Assembly: GCA_023213395.1 (NCBI GenBank)
Contig: CM041465.1
Coordinates: 184,085,741-184,149,740 of the forward strand
Direction of reading: 5' to 3'
DNA length: 64,000 nt
Source: Cycas panzhihuaensis
Lineage: Eukaryota > Plantae > Cycadophyta
How positions within the stretch are numbered: position 1 is the first letter of the stretch; each line of letters opens with the position of its first letter. The translations under genes and the position numbers were made by a program. Below, piece by piece: positions 39,401-55,500 of this stretch. The notes under the pieces were generated by a model. The model was not told the origin of the DNA. It saw nothing but the letters and a program-made list of their open reading frames with translations, and made no database searches.

Positions 39401-41773
39401 TTATTTTGGTATGCCCAATTTCTTCATTACTTCCTGGCAACAAGAGTTGCTTATTTATTTGGATGCTTGTAGTTAGGATGCATCTTCTTCTCTTCTATTT
39501 CCATAGTTCCTCATTAATGAGTTGGTCTATTTATACATCCACAAGAAAAACTTAGATTAAGGTTGAGAGGCTCATCCTAACCTAACCATCCATAGTCCTA
39601 TCCTCTAAACTAAGATACTAAGTAAGTAAGCATACTAGCTCTACATAAGAAAAGACTAAAGGGGCAAGCCCTATATGAGCTAATTTGATTCACCATAAAT
39701 TACTCCATGAATATTTTTTTGCTTTGAAAATCTCCTAAACTAGTGTTCGGTAGCTAATAATAATGTCCTCAATGATCAACATTATCATAGCCTATTATTG
39801 ATACTTTAAACATGTGAAAATAATGTAATTCAAAATAGTTCTTCTTCTTGTAATCTTTGAAAAAAAACAATCTTGGAGAAATATTGTGGTCTACATTATA
39901 ATTTGGATTATGAATGATGAATTTTTTTTTTGAAAAGAGAAAGTTAAATTTAGTTGATTAGTAGTTCCTCAAGTTCATCACCTTCATAACCTTAAATTTT
40001 AATAAAGCCTTTAGCACTTATCAAATCTAAAAATTAATATATCAACAAATTATTAAATGGTCTTGGTTCACCTAAGCAACTTGGCTATTTATAAATGTTT
40101 AAATCTGATGGTTAAGATTACCTTGTAACTCCACAAGCTCATAATTATTTGAATTATTTTTAAATTTTCATATATCTCAACTAAAATCTTGTTGACTTTA
40201 CAAAGGAGTTAGATGATTACCATGCGGCCTCATTGTACAATCCTAATTCAGTTCACAAATAGCTACATCAGGTAGCCAAATTTGTCTTATGCTTTACTAA
40301 TCTGCAGATTGCTCTAACTTCTCTATCACTTTGGGTAAGGCCTCTTATTATGAGGATCATTAGATGGCAACCATGTATCAATGTATTAAATAGTTATGTT
40401 TTACTTGTAATCCACTTCCTAGTAACTTGTTTAATTCATACATGTTCATTCCTCCTTTGTCAATCAAAGCCTTACTTGCAAGGTCACTTGTGTGACATTC
40501 ATATGTCCTCTTATCTAATGACTCAAATTATCTTCATGCTTTAATTTACCTACAAATCTTTATTTTACATTCTTCTTTGAGTGTTAGAAGCTAGCCACTA
40601 GTTTTTTCCTCAAATAGGCCCAAATGTAGATACATGTCACTTAGATCAATGTTGGTGATTTACCCCCACACCTTTGCACTTCATAAATTCTTTAATTTGT
40701 GGCTTTTACTTATTGATTAATTCTTTGAGTGGGGTTTATTTATATGATTCTACATAATTATTCCACATATCATCTTAAAGGATGATCATAATTATCTTCG
40801 TAACTTGTCACATTCACAAATATTTACTTTCCTTCTTCACTTTTTGCTTGATGTAAATAGTAGTAACTAGAATTCTACCACACATCCCATGATCAAACAA
40901 ATATGATTATTTATGTAAATTGTTACTCCTCCCCAACCCTTATCCATAACTTACTCACTAGAAGCTTAAACCTCTAAGCTTCCTTTGATGTTTAACGCAT
41001 ATCCATATCAATCTGATGACTATTATAAACTTTGTGACTTAACCAACTCATAATTCTTACTAACCTCAATCATTCTCACTCATGCCCTCCTATGAGCACT
41101 TCCATCATGAATTTCCTTAATAGCCACCATGTGTCTATCTATCCAATGGTCCTTGACAACTTCATACTTTGTATCTTTAGTGCTTACTCAACCATTAGAT
41201 ACCTCTCCTCATAGACCCAACTTGTAAATAACCTTCTCATAAGGCTCTTAAATATTTCCATATATTTATTATACTAGAAAGTACTAATTATTTCATAATT
41301 TGCATCACTTGCATACCTTTTATTATTTATTTTACCTTCTCATAATTTACTAAAACCCAAACTATTCACTTCCCATAAACTATAACTTGTGAAACTCAAC
41401 TTTACAAAATACACACTTGTATGTTTTACACTCCACAAATATTTTCACCCCCAAAACCTATCTAGCTATTTTTTTGAAGAATAAAGGGATCCTCATGTAT
41501 TATTTGATATCATTTAATTTTTAAAAATTATTTATCCTTTTCTTTGATACCTCTATAGAATTTTTTAAGTAAAATTTTATAAGTATTATTAATGTGGTAA
41601 TAGGATATCAATGATACAAAGTGAGAAGATGAAAAACGGTATCAAGGAAACCTACAAGTTCCAATGCTTTGACAAAAAAACATCATTTAATGGGGGGGAC
41701 ATCTTATATGCCCTAATTGATGATGACCAACTTAGACCTACCTATTAATCTTATAAGTATTTAAGGAGGATTA

Positions 41774-44700
41774 TGAAGGAAGGATGGATCTAGGGAATAA
41801 ATCACTCACATACACACAATGGCAATGGAGAATAAAAAAGAGATAAAACAATAAATGAGAGCAAAGCTTGGAGGTGAGAATGAAAAATGACTCCCTCCTT
41901 GAGATTTCACCTTTTATTATTGAGGGTGAGCATTAGGGTTAGGATTTTCCTACCTAATGATATGAACCTAAAATTACATCTAAATGCATATAAAGTGTAT
42001 TTCACTAAGAGACTAATGCTAATGATATATCTTAAGGTCACTTAATTAATCTATATAAATGACCTTAATATATTAACCTCTTTCAATCTCCCTCTTAATG
42101 GTATAAGGTCATTTTGAGAAAATCTATTCTATGAGGTCTTCATTTAAGCTTCATTATTATATTAAAATTCTAAATGACACTTTTGTGGAAAAACCCTCGT
42201 GGGGAATAAAAACCCACAGACTTTTTAAAATCTATAGCCCCTTTTATAAATCAAAATGGCTAAGGTGGCTCTTGATGTAGCATGATACCTAACTAACTTA
42301 AATGTACAACTTAATCTACTGAGCCTTCATATACCATTTAGTCATCCCCTATGCCCTTTCAGGTTTTTACAAGTTCTAATTTTCTAAAACTAGTACAATC
42401 CTTATCCTTCCATGACCATATGTGATTTTCACAAATAAGATAGAACAAATACTTACTTTTATTCTTTCGTGTCTATAGGGAATTTTCATGAATAGAATAG
42501 AGTATGATGATCCTTATGCCATCTTCTTTGATTAGTCGAAGACAGAGACCCTTCAGAACTATTCAAACTTCACCCTTTGTAGTGGTTTAGTAAAGATATT
42601 AGCCACTTAATCTACTATAGGAGAGTATTCCAATCGAATTGTACCATCATGAATAAGTTCTCTAATCATGTAGACTTTAGTACTTATATGTTTGGTATGA
42701 TTGTGAAATATAGGATTTTTCATCATGTAGATTACTGATTGATTATCCACACGAAGGCCAGTAGCACTTGTTTGGGTGATATTCAATATTTTTAATAATT
42801 TTCTAAGCTATATCACCTCCTTGCTTGTCTTAGAAGCAGTAATATATTCAGTTTCAGTAGTTGAATCAGTAACTATCTTCTTTCATCTAGATCTCCATAA
42901 TATTAGTACTATTCCAAGAAACATTACATACCTAGACATAGATCTTCTTATATCTTTATCTCATGTAAAATTTGAGTCTGTGTATATAAAAAGATTAAAT
43001 TCACTATAAAGTTTATACAACAGACCAAATTTACTGGTTGTCTTTAGGTATTTTAACACTTGAATTGTAGCCTACTAGTGATTTTGCTTAGGATTTATCA
43101 TGAATCATGTAAGAATACTAATAAAATGTGCAATATCTAGCCTTGTATTGATACTATAGATGAGACTACCTACAAGTTTCCTATACAGTGTTGTGTCTGC
43201 CTCCCTAATGTTACCATCAGTTGAGAGTTTAATATTAGGGTCCATAGGTAAAGCCACTTATTGAGCATCTTCTGACTAAATGTTGGTTAGAAGATTGTTG
43301 ATGTATTTTTCTTGGGAGAGGAAAATTTTTTCATTCTTTTATGTTGCTTCAATTCCCAAGTAATATTTCATCAAACTGAGGTCAGACAATTTAAACATTT
43401 TATCAATGTCCTTTTTTAGTTGGCTTGCATGTTCAATATTACCTGTTACTAACATGTCATCTACAAAGATTATGAGATAAGTGACTTTGTCCTTTTGGCA
43501 CTTGATGAATAATGTTACATCAATATCTTGGTAGTCACAAACTCCATATCCAAGTTACCTCATTCTTTCAGACAACTTAGCAAACCAAGCACGAGGGGCT
43601 TGTTTAAGGCTATACAAAGACTTTCTGAGTCTGTAAACCTTATGATCTTGACCTTCGATCTTATATCCTTCTTGTTGAGCCATGTAAATTTCTTCTTTAA
43701 GATTCCCATCGAGAAACACGATCTTAATATCGAGCTGGTGGATTTTCTAACCTTGTTGAGTAGTTAAGACTAGAGGAGTTCTAATTGTAGGCCACTTGGT
43801 TGTAAGTGTAAAGACTTCAGTGTAGTAATGCCTTCCCTTTGTGTGAATCCTTTAACTACAACCTCACCTTGTGTTTTTCAATGATGTTGTCTGATTTGTA
43901 TTTATTTTTTAACACCCATTTATTTTGAACTACTTTTCTACCAAGTGGTAGATCAATGAGATCCCATATACCATTTTTTATGAGAGATTAGTATTCTTCA
44001 TTCATTACATTTCTTTAAACTATATGTTTTATAGCTTCTTGGTACGAGAGGGGCCCTTTATTAAGAGTAAGATGTAGTTTTGCCAATTCAAACTCAGTAT
44101 ATAATAATTCCTACATCCTTACTCTATGGGCACTTTGAGTGCAAGTTTTATCCACCTTATCTGGTCATATGTCCTTATTCAGCTAGTAAGCTTCACGAGA
44201 TCCTCGAGTTGGGAATGAGGTCCTTATTTCCTCAACTTCTCGGTTCTCCTATTATTCATTAAAATGATCATTTTATGAGAAGGATATTGATGCGCCTAAG
44301 AACTATTTTAACTTTGTTAACTCTACTATCTTCAAAGGATGGTATTGTATATGCACTCATCAGTTTAGAGTCATAACTTATATCCTCTAAGGCTCTATTG
44401 TTAGCTTCAAATATTTGGAGTAATTTATATATGGCCCCCCTCCCAAATTTTAGAATTTGAACATCATACTTGATAACGTCATTATAGTAGTATAAGGGTA
44501 TTTTAGAGTCCAGTCTAAGCAGCTTATCCTCTGTCTCCGTAAAAATGATATATCTAGTGATGATGATTTTTCATTATAAAGGTATAAAGACCTTATACCC
44601 TTTCTTATCCATAGGGTATCTAACAAAGATGCTTTTAAGTGCCCTTAGCTAGGGTTTATTTCAATCTATATCTAAACTGTGGGTATAATATGTAGAGCCA

Positions 44701-47700
44701 AAACTTTTAAAGTAGTGAACTATGGGGGCTTGTCCTGACCACTTTTCATTAGGTGATTATCCTTCCTTTGATGAGCTAACAACATTGATACAATAAACGA
44801 TTGTCCATATGGCTTCAACCCATAGGTAGGTAGGAACATTTTTGTATACCAACATAGCTAGAGCTATATTCATGATTGTCCTACTCATGCACTCGACAAC
44901 TCCATTTTGTTGTGGAATACTTGCTATTATTGTTTAATGTTTGATACCATTGTCTCAAAGGTAGCTATGAAGCTCATGTGAGGTATATTTGCCACTATTA
45001 CTAATTTGAAGACATTTGAGTTAATAACTTAACTCTTTTTTAGTGCAGACTTTGAATTCTTTGAATACACGAAAGGCTTCATCTTTCTTGTGTAGAAAAG
45101 TTACCCATACTTTCCTAATAAAATCATTAATGAAAGAGATATAAGATATCTTGCCCTTCAGTGAAGGAATGGACATAGGTTTACAAAGATCAAAGTGTAC
45201 CAATTGCAATGGATGGATCAATTTCCACTAATTTTTGGGAAAGGGTTGTCGATGAGATTTAGTAATGATGCAAGCTTAACATTTGAAGGGCTTAGTGGAG
45301 AACTTTGGAAGACTTGGAAGAGTGTTACAAAGATCTCTAAGTCTATCGATGTGAACATAGCCCATGCGATCATGCCAAAAAGCTTCTAATGATAACATTG
45401 GGTGGGTCAAGATGGTGTTAAATCCAAATTCTTCATCATCACAAGGGCTTTGGGTACAATGGGCTTCAAAAGATGGAGAGTTATTTAATTAAAAGAGTTT
45501 GCCAGTGAGATGTCTAGTCAAGACCACTCAATCAGTTGGAGGGTGAATGACCTAGAGAGTCTAGTTATTTGCGATTACACTTAGGTTAAATCTATAAGAT
45601 AGAAATGTGGATAAGGAGAGTAGGTGTTGTTTGAGATTGGGTATGTATAGGACATTAAGAAATATAAAATCTCTTAAGCCTAGGAGTTTCAGGTGAATGT
45701 TACCAATTCCTTCAATAGGTTGTTGTGATTTGTGAGCCATGTAAACAACTCCTTGAATATTTGAGTCAAATGCTTGATATAGATTGTGATTATATGTTAT
45801 ATATTGAGTTGCTCATGTGTCCATGATCCACTATCCATCAATTAAAATAACACTATTTACAATTCTAATAGGACTTAGCATTGTTGAAGGGAATTCACAA
45901 GTGATATATCCACATCGAGTTTTAAAATATCTTTGTGGTTAGTTAATGGCATTTCATGCTAAAGATATCTCAATTCTTTGAAAGTGTACTTATATAAAAC
46001 CTACATCACTAAATGATTCTTCATAAATTTATTCAATATTATGAGCTTTATATTTTGGTTAGAACTTGGCTAACTTATAAGTGGCAGTTTTGTAATCTTT
46101 TACAAAGTGTCCTTTATGGTTACACTGATCACACATAATAGTTTGATTCCTAGTCCCTAAAGAAGTACTGGTTTAGCCTAATTATCTTAGTTTTTGTTGA
46201 GGTGGCCCTTGTCCTTGAGACTATCAAGGCCATGACTAAGAGTTTTATTGACCTTGTAGATAATTTTCCATGGCTTTTCCTCTTCCTCTTACTCAGTTAT
46301 TTCCTCTGTTACGAGAGGGACCTTGATTTTTTATATAGCAAGCTTCTTCTTCTACCTCAAAGGATGCATCTAAAATATAGCTAGAGGCTACAAAGTTGGT
46401 ATCAAAGGTCTTATCAAATTCTATGAACTTCTTGGCAAGCACTGTGAAGTTGAGTGTTTTCAATGTTTCACTAGAGTGAAGACTTCCAAGCAAGTTTTTA
46501 TAGTCAGGGATATGTAGACATAATTAGATCAAGAATTCCCAAGTGATATATTAGGTCTTAAAATCTTTATCAATTGCCTATTTCATAGGTCAAAGGAGAT
46601 TTATTATCTCATGAGCTCATCCCTTCTATATTTTTAATTTGTTTATTTTTAGAACAAGATGAACAAATTCTAAGTCTAACTTGGTATCAAAGTTCTACTT
46701 GAGAACTTCAAGGACCTTCCAAGCTATATCATATTGCTCTTCATTAATCAAGTTCTGTAAGGAGTGATCAATAACTAATAGAATTTCTATATGAATCTTT
46801 TCATTATCTATTTCCCATTGTAGTTTGGTTGCAGCGTATATAGGAGCTATTAGAGTGGTTCCATCAAAAGTAGGTATTGTAGTTATGATGGGTGTAGGCT
46901 ATAAGTGGGATCCCTAAAGGGCTTCATACTTTATAGTATTTTTAACTCCAATGTACTATAAAACCTAATTTTCTTTGCCTTTAATATGTAGTTGGCATTC
47001 TACTTAAATTAAGATGACATAGTGATGATGAAGAAGTAGAAGAGATGATAAAAGTATATGCCACTCGCACATGTCGTTAATACACCTAGCATAGTAGGGA
47101 TACATAAACGAATACTATGATGAGAAGGCAAGCAATTATTAAGTATTTTTAACTATGAAGAATGAGTATAAGCAATGATGCAAGAATGAGGCCTAATGTA
47201 GAGCTGGTAAAGAGTGGTGATATGTTATGGCAGTAACTTGTAACTTATGTCTAAATGCAGGTGATGTTTCAATGCCTAAGGCTTCTAATATACGATTAGG
47301 ACCTTCACCCATGATACCCATACATATGCTTAATGATGAAATCCAAGTTATAGTGGAGCCCAAGTACTCCTAGTCCTCACCTAGTTCACCAATGACCAGT
47401 TATATACCTCCTATGAAGAGTCAAACAGTATGTGAGTATCTCACAACTATGATGGATATTAGACCAGGTTTATTTTAACCTTGTATTAAAGTTTTAGTTG
47501 TCCTAGTTGGTTATTAGGATAATCCCTAAAGGAAGCCCGTAGGTATGACTAACCTATTACTCCACTAGTATTTCAGTTAAGACCAAACCCAGTATGAATC
47601 TCACACCCCCCTTAGAACCTAGACTTCAACCAACTGTAGTCTATTTCAACCAAGGTGAGTGTGCACATAAGTCAAAAACTGACAGTATAAATTAAACATA

Positions 47701-49250
47701 ATGGGTTCATTTTAGAGAATATAAAAATATGTTTGTATTTATGTTGCTGAAATGAATTACTAATGTGTTGATGTCTGCTTTTATGCTTTTGTCTATTAAT
47801 GTAAATATATATGAACAAATACATAAAGATGTTAAGTATAAACACCAAATTTTGTTATGATCTAGGTGTTTTACTATTACAATGAGTTTTCTTTGTTGCT
47901 TTTGCTATTTAAAAAACTCCTTTTTTTTTGTTAAGAAAAGGGGAAAAATAAAAAAACTTAAAAGTTTACTTCCAAACTTAAATTTTGACCAAGAGAGAAA
48001 GTACTAGAAAAAGCGAGAGGAATTTGAATCTTCTATCATAAAATTCTATATGGACATGTAACCATATGAAATGCCTGAAACATTTTAGCTCTAAACTTCA
48101 CTCTCCTAGATGATAAATCTTACTATTGTAAGTTAAAAAGTCTTTTGGTGAAACTTCTAAAAATGAGTAGAAATAGGCTGAAACTCCTATGAGACTTTCC
48201 TTGGCAAAAATCTAAATTTTGAAGAAATATTTCTCTCTAGTATATCAAATCTAATAAAACTTAATTTGTTGGATTCCTTGAGGCTAGATCTACTAAGGCC
48301 CTTAAGAAATTTTGGCATGCATTAAAAATTTCTTAAAATTTTCTCAAAAAAGTAGTTAGATTAGGGTTGATTAAACTTCTACTTTTTAAGGATGATCGAG
48401 GTAGAATTGGGAGATGGTACAGAAGAAAAAAATATTTATCTTACTTAGGCATCCCTCTTTGCAAATTTTTAGCCAAAATAGATAAATTTTTATTTTCACC
48501 TCTCGTAGGGCTAAACAATCATTTTTTGAATAATTCAGGCTTACTTTTACCACTTGTAAGTAGTTGAAAATTTTTCCCTACAACTTTATAGCATATATTT
48601 TATAACTGATAATTGATTTATAATGAAAATTTAATAAAATATCCCTTAGTAAAATTTAAAATTAGTTACAAAGATTAATAAAAAAACTAATTTTTCCCAA
48701 GAGCCTAAAGCCAAGAAACCTTCTTCTAGATAATAACTTTGATTCTTAATTCATCTATAAATAAATAGAGGATGTTGAAATATACTATCAATGAAATACA
48801 CGCTTTACATAATAAAAAAACTCTCAAAATTTTAAAAATAATAAGTGCACTCTCAAAACTTCATATTGAATGTGAATGAGAGGCAAAATGACTCTATGCA
48901 AGTGGAATGGAGTGTTTAGATCCCCTTTTAGCTATGATACCATATGAAGGAAGCATGGATCTAGGAAATAAATCACTCACATACGCACAATGGTAATGGA
49001 GAATGAAAAAGATATGAAACAAGATATGGGAACAAAGCTTAGAGGTGAGAATAAATAATGACTCCCTCTTTAAGATTTCACCTTTTTATTATTGAGGGTG
49101 AGCATTAGGGTTAAGATTTTCTTGCCTAATGATATAAACTTGAAATTACATATAAATATACATAAAGTCATTTCGCTAAGAGACTAACAATATATCTTAA
49201 GGTCACTTAATTAATCTACATAAATGACCTTAATACATTAACCTCTTTTA
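41774..49250 (-). mobile_element. Full-length degenerate Ty1/Copia element (7.5 kb) with ~2-kb 5' leader
   Basis: LTRs 41774-42085 and 48945-49250; PBS gctatgatacca at 48931-48942; PPT complement at 42086-42096. Gag ~46900-46050, protease WIMDT (~45830), integrase LQLVHFDLC..., RT FVDDMLVTG, RNase H ..ANIFTKPL. Flanks gatta/gcttg may be a decayed TSD. Confidence 0.93.
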
Positions 49251-49522
49251 GCTTGCACTAAGTATTATGATATAAGTTAATATTGTTTAGAGTAAACTAC
49301 AACTTATAGTGAATTTGGAGGAACCCTAGCCTTAAAGAGGATAACTCCACTTTTCAATTATCTTATACTTTAAAGAAAATATTATTAATTTGTTATTATT
49401 ATTATTATTTTTAATTATTTAGTACATAAAAATATCATAAGGCATAATAGTATATGTGTGTATATGTATGTGTGTGTATGTATATGTATGCACACATATA
49501 CACATATATCTGTGTGTGTATA

Positions 49523-52500
49523 TATTGGAAATTAGAGTTGCACATGGACAAAATAAGACAAACAAAATTAGTCTAAATTTCTTTAAATTTTCATCTCCTT
49601 ATTTCTTAATAATAATCATCTTAACATTATAAAAACATGAATGTATTTGTAGGGATACTATGCATAACTACCTTTTGCTTGCTTATACATATGTAAGGTT
49701 TATAAAAGGTAACCTTAATTAATTATAATATATTATAAATAAATATACATTAGGCTATATCTAAATGTAAATATTATCTCAATTTATATGATAAAAATAA
49801 TAACCTCCCCCCCCCCCTTCTCTTAATGTTTACATCATTAATTATAACACTTAACACTTTCTTGAGTTTCTAAAATCTATCTCACGTAAGAGTTTTAGTA
49901 AATATGTTAGATAACTATTCATCTATTAGGATGTAACGTAACCCCACCTTTCCTAAGCACTAGTAAGCGGGAGCCACCAAATAATTAAGGATTGATATTA
50001 ATTATTAAGATTTATGCACAAGCCACTAAGCCCTACAATAAGATGTAAAGCTTCTAGGGCCACCAATAGGATCATAAGGAAGAAGACCCCTACATGTATA
50101 TTTAAAGGGTCCAATATCACTTGTAAAAGATTATTGAGAATTATTATCTTTTGAAGAGAAAGTACTTCAGTACTTCTGTTGGTATTTAATTTATGGTCTA
50201 CTTGTATATTTTGTTCTTATTAATATAATATTTAGCTTCCATTACTATTAATCTACATTTGCAAGTTTGATTTTCTAAAAGAAAATGCTCTAAGTAGTAT
50301 TAGATCTAAGTTCATGATCATGGGAAACTGCACAACAGAAGAAAAAAAATTTAAGATTTTTTTTTTTTTTTTACTAGATTGACTACTCTCTCTACCCAAG
50401 TAGAGATCGAGTAAAGACCTTCACTCAGTACTCTCTCCATGGAGATTGAAGAATAAAACTAGTACCACTCAGAGTCATGAGGGATGGGGAATTTCTTCCC
50501 CTAGGTAATGCCCAACACTTCTTTTTTTTTCCTTATGTTCATTTTTAATTTATTTATTTATTTTAATTTCTCTGCTAATATAAGAGTAGATAACTTCATT
50601 TGGCAACTACTCTTTTCTCCCTCCTACCCTTGTTTCCTAGGTAGATGACTCTGTGTGGTAGCTACCAAAGTGGTTAGGTAGAGATCCTATACTTAAAGTC
50701 TTTAAAAATCATAGGGATATGTTGTTCTAGCTAAGCGCATTATGGCATTTCTACCCTTTGCATGAAGGACTAGAGACAACACTCCTAAACTAAGGCCTAG
50801 ATATAACTTGGTTATGAAATTATTCCTCCACATATCTTTGGGTATATTGAAGGACCCTTATAGGTTTCGAATCCTTCCTAACATAGGCAACCTACTAGTC
50901 GCTAAAGTCTTATAGTGCAGTAGTTAATGGTTAACGCCATGAAGCTACGTATCCCAAACTTCTTCATAAGAAGCTTACTGGTAGACTTACAAGATCAAGC
51001 ATACCTTGTCTAGTGGTTGGTAGGACACTTTGTATTAGTTCCACCTTACTTCACCTGCTCCACCTTTTAATTAAGATCTCAAGACACAACATATAATAAA
51101 AAATTGCCACTAAAATTTATGTACCTTATTTCGATTAATATGTTACGCTAATTATTTTACGTAAGGTTAGTTCTTCTAGACAATTTTTATGTTTCTTAGT
51201 ATCTTGGTCATTGGTGGGTCTCACCACCTAAAACTCACCTTAAGTGTCATTTACCATATTTTAATGAGCTTTTTACGCTTGTGTTAGTAGACTATGTGTC
51301 ATATTCATATAATTTTTAAAGTCAACAGGCTATAGACATCCCACATCTCCCTCTTTGCCCCCTTGTCATCCCTATATCAACTCTCTAGTTCTTACATCTT
51401 ATTCTCTCTTACTCTTTCATACTTCATATATTTCCCCTTCTTCCTATTTATTCCTTCTCCTTTAAGCCCCTTCTATAGATCTAATGGCACCAACAACACA
51501 AGGAGAGAAAATTATTGAATTAACCTAAGACTTGTAGAACTTCAAAATAGAGGTTAACAACAAAATTAATGATATCCTTTTAAAGTTAAACATTGGGGAA
51601 ATCAAACAAGAATTTTTTTCATCACTCTAGTAGATGTTATAATCCCAATCCTAAAGCACAAGGACTTCCAATATGATAGGTAACATTCCTCCCCCCTCTT
51701 AAAGAGGCAATGTACCTCCAGGAGGTTATCCACCAAGGTAACCATTCATCTACCATAAGACTAATATTCCCACATTTTATCTAGATGTGAACAGAGAAAA
51801 CACTCAAAGTTGGATCAATAAGTTAAAATGATACTTTATACTCCACCTGATATCTAAGGAAGAACAATTCTTGTATGCCTCCATTCACCTAGATGGAATA
51901 TCCCACCATTGGTTCAACTAATGGAAATGAGAATATCCCTCCCACCAAATATAGTCCCACTCCACAAGCTTTTTTTTTAGCAATATGAGGATATGCAAAG
52001 TGAATCTTTTTCCACTTAACTTGCATGGCTTAATATATTGCAATAGTAAAGGCCTTTACTAATAAGTACTAAGCTTTGTATAATCGCTCTCTCTAAATCC
52101 AAAACATGGACAAACAAATAATGATCAATATCTATATGCCCAAACTTCAAGATTAGATATAGATGAGACTAAAAACCTGGTAGTATACTCCCTCAAGGAA
52201 GTCTTCAAATAGGCTTAAGTAGTAGAGATTGAATTTATATATGATAGACCTCCAACTACTCATAGGGATAACCCCTAGTTCTCATGTACTTAATAGTCAA
52301 ACTTTCAACAACCATGACCCCAATTTAATGATGTTTCCAGTTCTCAATCTGACTTTACACATTCAAACCATGATAGGATGATCCCACTCGTACAACTATT
52401 GACCAACAGAGTGAAGACCCATCCACCAAATAGGTCTAAATTTCCCAAGCTAAAGTAAAATATCAACTAAAGGCTAACCTTTGTATATAGTATGTAAAAA

Positions 52501-55500
52501 AGTGAATTTTTGGGCATGGTTACATTTGTAAGATGTGATACACATTTTTTTCTATTAACCCATCATTATCCCTTAATAATCTTTGGATTTTGACTCCAAA
52601 CTCAAGGCTAAAGATTAAACCTAAGAAGATCTTATCTTAGACTCTCGCCCTAAAGTATCTTTATCTGATGTGTCCTCCACTTCTTACCCTAAACCTTTAT
52701 GCATCTAAGGTATTCTCCGTAAGACTTGAATGTTAATCCTAATCAACAGTGGTCTGTCCCTCAATTTTCCTGATATGTCTATAGCCTGCTGACTTAACCT
52801 ATATATAGTACCAAAAACCATCTTTATCTACTCTTTTCCAGGGCATTAGAAGCTCCACTATACTAGTGTTATTAAAAACCCCTAGGTCCAAATCAACACC
52901 TATCTTTTGGTGTCTAATTCTATGTATTATCAATAGGAGGGTATGATGATATCATTGGAATTTAATGGATAAAAATCCTAGGGACTTTTAGTACAAATAA
53001 CTAGCCCAAAAATCCCTTCATTATATTTAAGGACCCAATGGGTCAGAATCATAAAATCTATGGGATGCAATCACATCCTAACCAAGTGGTCTCACTAAGA
53101 AGCATGAGATGTTATCCTTAATCTTACCTCGGATATATAGTTTCCTTTAACAATATTTAAATCAAATTGTAAATTCACCTACATATCCAAGATATCATCA
53201 CCTAATATGAGCAAGTATTTTCCCCCTACCTGCCATTACCTCACTTGATCATGATTTTTATCACATAATTAACCTCTAATCTTATCATGACCCTATCAGC
53301 CTAAGGCTTTATTGTAATTCATACATTTAGAAAATTGAAATTGATAAACTCGTAACTAAAGTCATGGATATGGTCATAATCTAACCAAATAAAATCCCTT
53401 ACACAACTCTCATAGTCTTAGTTAGGAAGAAGGACGACTCCTTTTGACTTTACATTGATTATAGGGAACTAAATAAAATTACCATAAAAAATAAGTTTCC
53501 CATGCCACGGATAGATGACATATTAGATGAAATTCATGGCACGTCTATTTTCTCTAAGTTAGACCTTTAGTCTAATTACTACCAAATCCTAATTGCCCTT
53601 AAAGATTGTCATAAGATAACATGTCAGACACATCATGACTATTTTGAGTTTCAAGTAATGCCCTTTCATCTTTGTAATGCTCTGATGACCTTCTAAGCTC
53701 TCATGAATAAAAATTTTAACCCCTATCTTTAAAAGTTTGTCATAGTCTTCTTTAAAGATATCATCATTTGTAATACTTGTTTAGACCACTACATCTAGCA
53801 CCTAGAACTTATCCTTCAAACATTATAAATACATCAACTCTATACAAAATTATCTAAGTGTGAGTTTGCCCAATATGAACTCCAACACTTGGGGCATATC
53901 ATATCAATAAAAGGGGTATGTATAGATCCTAAGAAAATATCTATTATCATAACTTGGTTAACACCAACCACCCTTATCTAATTACATGCATTCCTTGGTC
54001 TTATAGGATTTTATCATCACTTTGTGCATAACTATACCTCCCTCACTATCCCTTAACTAATCTCCTCTATAATGATACCTTCTAATGGTCTCTAGAAGCT
54101 AATACCATATTTTCTTATTTCAAGGTTGTTATGACCTCAACCCCAGTCCTTGTCACTCTACATTTTAACTATTCATTTCAACTTAAATGTGATGCCTATA
54201 GATTCAACCTAGGTGAAATCCTCATACAAGACTCTCACCCCATTGTATTTAAGAGCTAAAAATTAAAAAATCATGAGCTTTACCTCTCCACCTATTAGAA
54301 GGAGATGAAAGTTGTTCTTTACATCATTGACAAATGGCAGTAATACCTCTTAAAATCTAGATTTACCATTCTTACAGATCATTGTAGCCTCCACAATCTG
54401 TTGGATCAACCAATCTTATCTAAAGAGTAGACTAAGTGGGTCAATTACCTCTAGATCTTTGATGTCATAATATTGTATAAAAAAGACAAAGACAATACTG
54501 TTGCAGATGCTCTTTTATGTCTGCACCCCGATGATAGTACTCTCAACCCAACCCTCCATGCCATAACTAAGCCCAAACCCCTTTGGCTTGATGAATTACA
54601 AGTTGAAAACTAGGCCCATCCTTACTACCCTAACTAGAATGAAAAAGTTTTAATCCACAAAGGTTGGTTAATCTTTAACAATCATCTACTCTATTAAAAT
54701 TACATCTTTGTCCATCCATCCTCCTTGTTCATTCCTAGAGTCTTAATAGAATACCACTCTTCTTCTCTTGATGGCTACTTAGAGTTTGATAAAACTTATC
54801 GATACATCTATGCTAATTTCTTTTGGTCCCCTATGAAGACCACCATATTCAACTTCATATTGGAATATGACACATGTCAGTAAAATAAAGTCGATATCAA
54901 GGCCCTTCCTAGACTACTCCAACCATTAAATATTCCCTAAGGTAAGTGGAAAGATATTGCCATGGACTTTATAATGAGCTTACTTCCATCTGTTGGGTTT
55001 GATTTTATTTTAGTAGTCATTGATTGATTAACCAAGTATTCATACTTTCTCCTAGTTCACACCTCATGTACATCCTCTTATCTTACTAAATCATACATCA
55101 AATTCATATTTTACCTTCATGGCTTCCCTTCATCCATCGTTTATGACTGAGACCCCAAGTTTACTAACTCCTTTTGGTTAAAACTCTTTAAGGCTATTAG
55201 AACCTTATTTAACACGAGTTCTTTCTACTACTCACAAATAGATGGTTAATCAAAGGTCTTAAACAAAACTCTAGAAACCTATCTACATTGTTTTACCTTA
55301 AAATATTAAGCTAATTAGACCTCTTGTTTTTCTCGAGGAGAGTATTGGTATAACTTTTCTCACCATTCTACCATCAATATATCCTCCTTTCTAGCCCTTT
55401 GTCGTTACCACCACTCTTCCCACTATACCTTAGCCATAAACTTTTGAATGGCCTCAATACAACAAAAGCTTCAAGATATGGACTGAATCCTCCATACCCT

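Noticed and set aside
40360-40400. PPR-like FNTLIHG peptide on the minus strand
   Set aside because: Single short match with no 35-aa periodicity.
49450-49522. (TG)/(TATG) microsatellite, and (AAAAG)n near 29405
   Set aside because: Ordinary short simple repeats with nothing further to support.
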